A DNA stretch of 63,540 nucleotides, filler included, from Pelomyxa schiedti (Eukaryota; Protista; Evosea): assembly GCA_020536535.1 (NCBI GenBank). It is 8 parts of 8 records of this genome, joined end to end, with 100 filler letters (N's around TTAATTAATTAA, not from the genome) between each part and the next. Parts side by side here need not be neighbours in the genome. Positions count along the whole stretch, not along the records: positions 61,494 to 63,540 come from JAHLWZ010002161.1; 7 more parts are not named here. The stretch is one strand, 5' to 3'. Positions 61,923 through 63,540 of the stretch are shown piece after piece; position 1 is the stretch's first letter, and each line of letters begins with the position of its first letter. A model generated the notes under the pieces. That model saw only the letters and a program-made list of their open reading frames with translations, did no database searches and was not told the DNA's origin. The position numbers and the translations under genes are program-made.

Positions 61923-63540
61923 TTAGTGCCCATGAGCGTGGGCACCCCCACGGCTCAGCGCAACCTGGAGTCGGATGTTGGCCTTCTCGTTCCCAGCCTC
62001 GGCTGCCATTAGGTAGAATGTGGCGGCCATGTTGGGGTCCCGGGGCACTCCTATGCCTTCCTCGTAGCACCTGCCAAGCCGGTTCATTGCTTCGGTGTTT
62101 CCCTTGTCGGACCCTTCCTGGTACAGTGCCACGGCTATGCCCGGGTCCCTGTCCACCCCGGAACCTCTCTCGTAGCACCGCACTGCCGGCGTCGACAGCC
62201 CTCTGGAACATCAACGCGGCCTTGTGCTCATCCACTGGCAGAATGCCCCCGTCCTGGTACATAGACCCAAGCATGTTCATGGCCAGTGGGCAGCCGGATG
62301 CAGCCGCCCGCTGCAGAAGTGACAGTGCCTGCTCGTGGTTCGGTTGTACACCACTGCCGGTCATATAACACATGGCAAGGCCGGCCATTGCCGCGGAATT
62401 TCCGTAGTCAGATGCCCTCTGGTAGAGTGAAACTGCTTTGCTCATGTCCTGGGCCACACCCTGGCCTTTTTCATAATACAAAGCATGGCATCTGTGGAGC
62501 CGGCATCGACGGCCTTGTGGTATAGTGACAAAGCTTGGTGGATGTCCTTCTCAAATCCTTCTTTACCCCTTTCATAACACACAGCGAGGTCATACAGTGC
62601 CCTGGGATGATGAGACCCAGCACATTGCTGAAATAGTGACAAAGCTTTTCTGATATCCTTTTCCACACCAAGGCCTTCTCTATAACAATCTCCAAGGCTG
62701 GTCATTGCCAAGCCATCGCCAGCAGCAGCACTAGCCTGGAAAAGTGTGACAGCCCTATTGACATCCACAGGAACCCCAATGCCGTACTTGTGACAGAAAC
62801 CAAGGTTCGTTGTTGCCGCAGTATTTCCAGAATCGGCAGCCTCCTGGAAAAGAGATGCAGCCCTGTTGAAATCCTTTTCAACACCAAGTCCTTCTTGATA
62901 ACACAGAGCAAGGCAGTTCATTGCCTCGTAATCACGAAAATCAGCAGCCTTCTTGAAAAGTAATGCAGCCTTGCTGTGGTCAGTCACAACCCCTGCACCA
63001 TCCCGATAACACTTACCAAGGCAGTACATCGCTCTCACCACCCCTGTATCAGCAGCCTTCTGGAAAAGTGAGACTGCCTTGCAGACATCCCTTTCAACAC
63101 AGTCCCCACTGTAGTATAGTGAAGCAAGCTGAAAAATGGCTGCCACTGAGCCCAAATCCGCAGCCCGTTGTAGAAGTGACACAGCTTTTTGAGTATCTTT
63201 GACTACACCAGAGCCATTTGCATAACTCACACCAAGGTTGCACATTGAAGTGGTATTACCAGCACTGGCTGCCATCTGAAAAACTGAAACAGCTGTAGGG
63301 ATGTCCTTGTGCAAACCACCAAATCCAATCTGATAAAACTGCCCAAGGAGAGACAATGATGCAGACCACAGGGGTGTAGGTGTGGGAAGTAATCCCACAG
63401 TAGCAGTAGCACTGGTAACGGAAGGGTGTTCCCCAGTATTACTGGCATGTTCTGTGTTTAATTCCACCCAAAGGAAACCACTTGCACCTCCTTGTTCAGA
63501 ACAGAACGTTTTCCACAAGGCAGCTGATACAGGGGTGGTG
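61923..63540 (-). pseudogene. Sel1-like repeat protein with two frameshifting deletions (5' end outside the window)
   Basis: About 13 repeats of AM..L(G/A).CY..G.GV..D..KA..L(F/Y)..A; frame breaks at about 62480 and about 62180. Confidence 0.85.

Noticed and set aside
61438-62481. 347-aa ORF as a single protein
   Set aside because: It is an artefact of the Sel1 frameshift reading through intergenic DNA into the next gene's first exon and a gap.

Overview
Eukaryotic, gene-dense, intron-rich DNA with short introns (mostly about 35-70 nt), weak donors and the standard genetic code. The gene content (ROCO kinase, annexin, Sel1-repeat protein, an expanded 'H/Q-x-R-C-G-x-x-S' family) suggests an amoebozoan protist, possibly Pelomyxa-like; this is inference. 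The window is a scaffold broken by nine 100-nt gaps, seven of which carry an artificial TTAATTAATTAA linker, so adjacency across gaps is uncertain. About 1-32 kb is packed with genes: a ubiquitin-like/astacin/Cys-His protease, PAC1/PSMG1, annexin, a Ser-repeat surface protein, a DCAF8-like WD40 protein, an ARL6IP4-like protein, an ARM/UBR-box protein, a methyltransferase-like protein, a LRR-ROC-COR-kinase, a DUF4091/GH123-like enzyme, an F-box/BTB protein and an APC permease. About 32-48 kb is CpG-poor transposon territory: an intron-containing piggyBac-like relic, inverted-repeat elements, a Helitron PIF1 relic, a duplicated exon array and foldbacks. About 48-63.5 kb holds a radical SAM gene, an ankyrin/kinase remnant, family paralogues, an SLC38-like transporter, a Ty3/gypsy pol fragment and a frameshifted Sel1 gene. 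The strongest leads are the UBL-astacin-Zn-repeat protease, a recurrent RCG/RVG-xx-S 'box' motif, a prokaryote-type radical SAM gene with introns, and several candidate non-canonical splice and start signals. Exon boundaries were assigned by eye.
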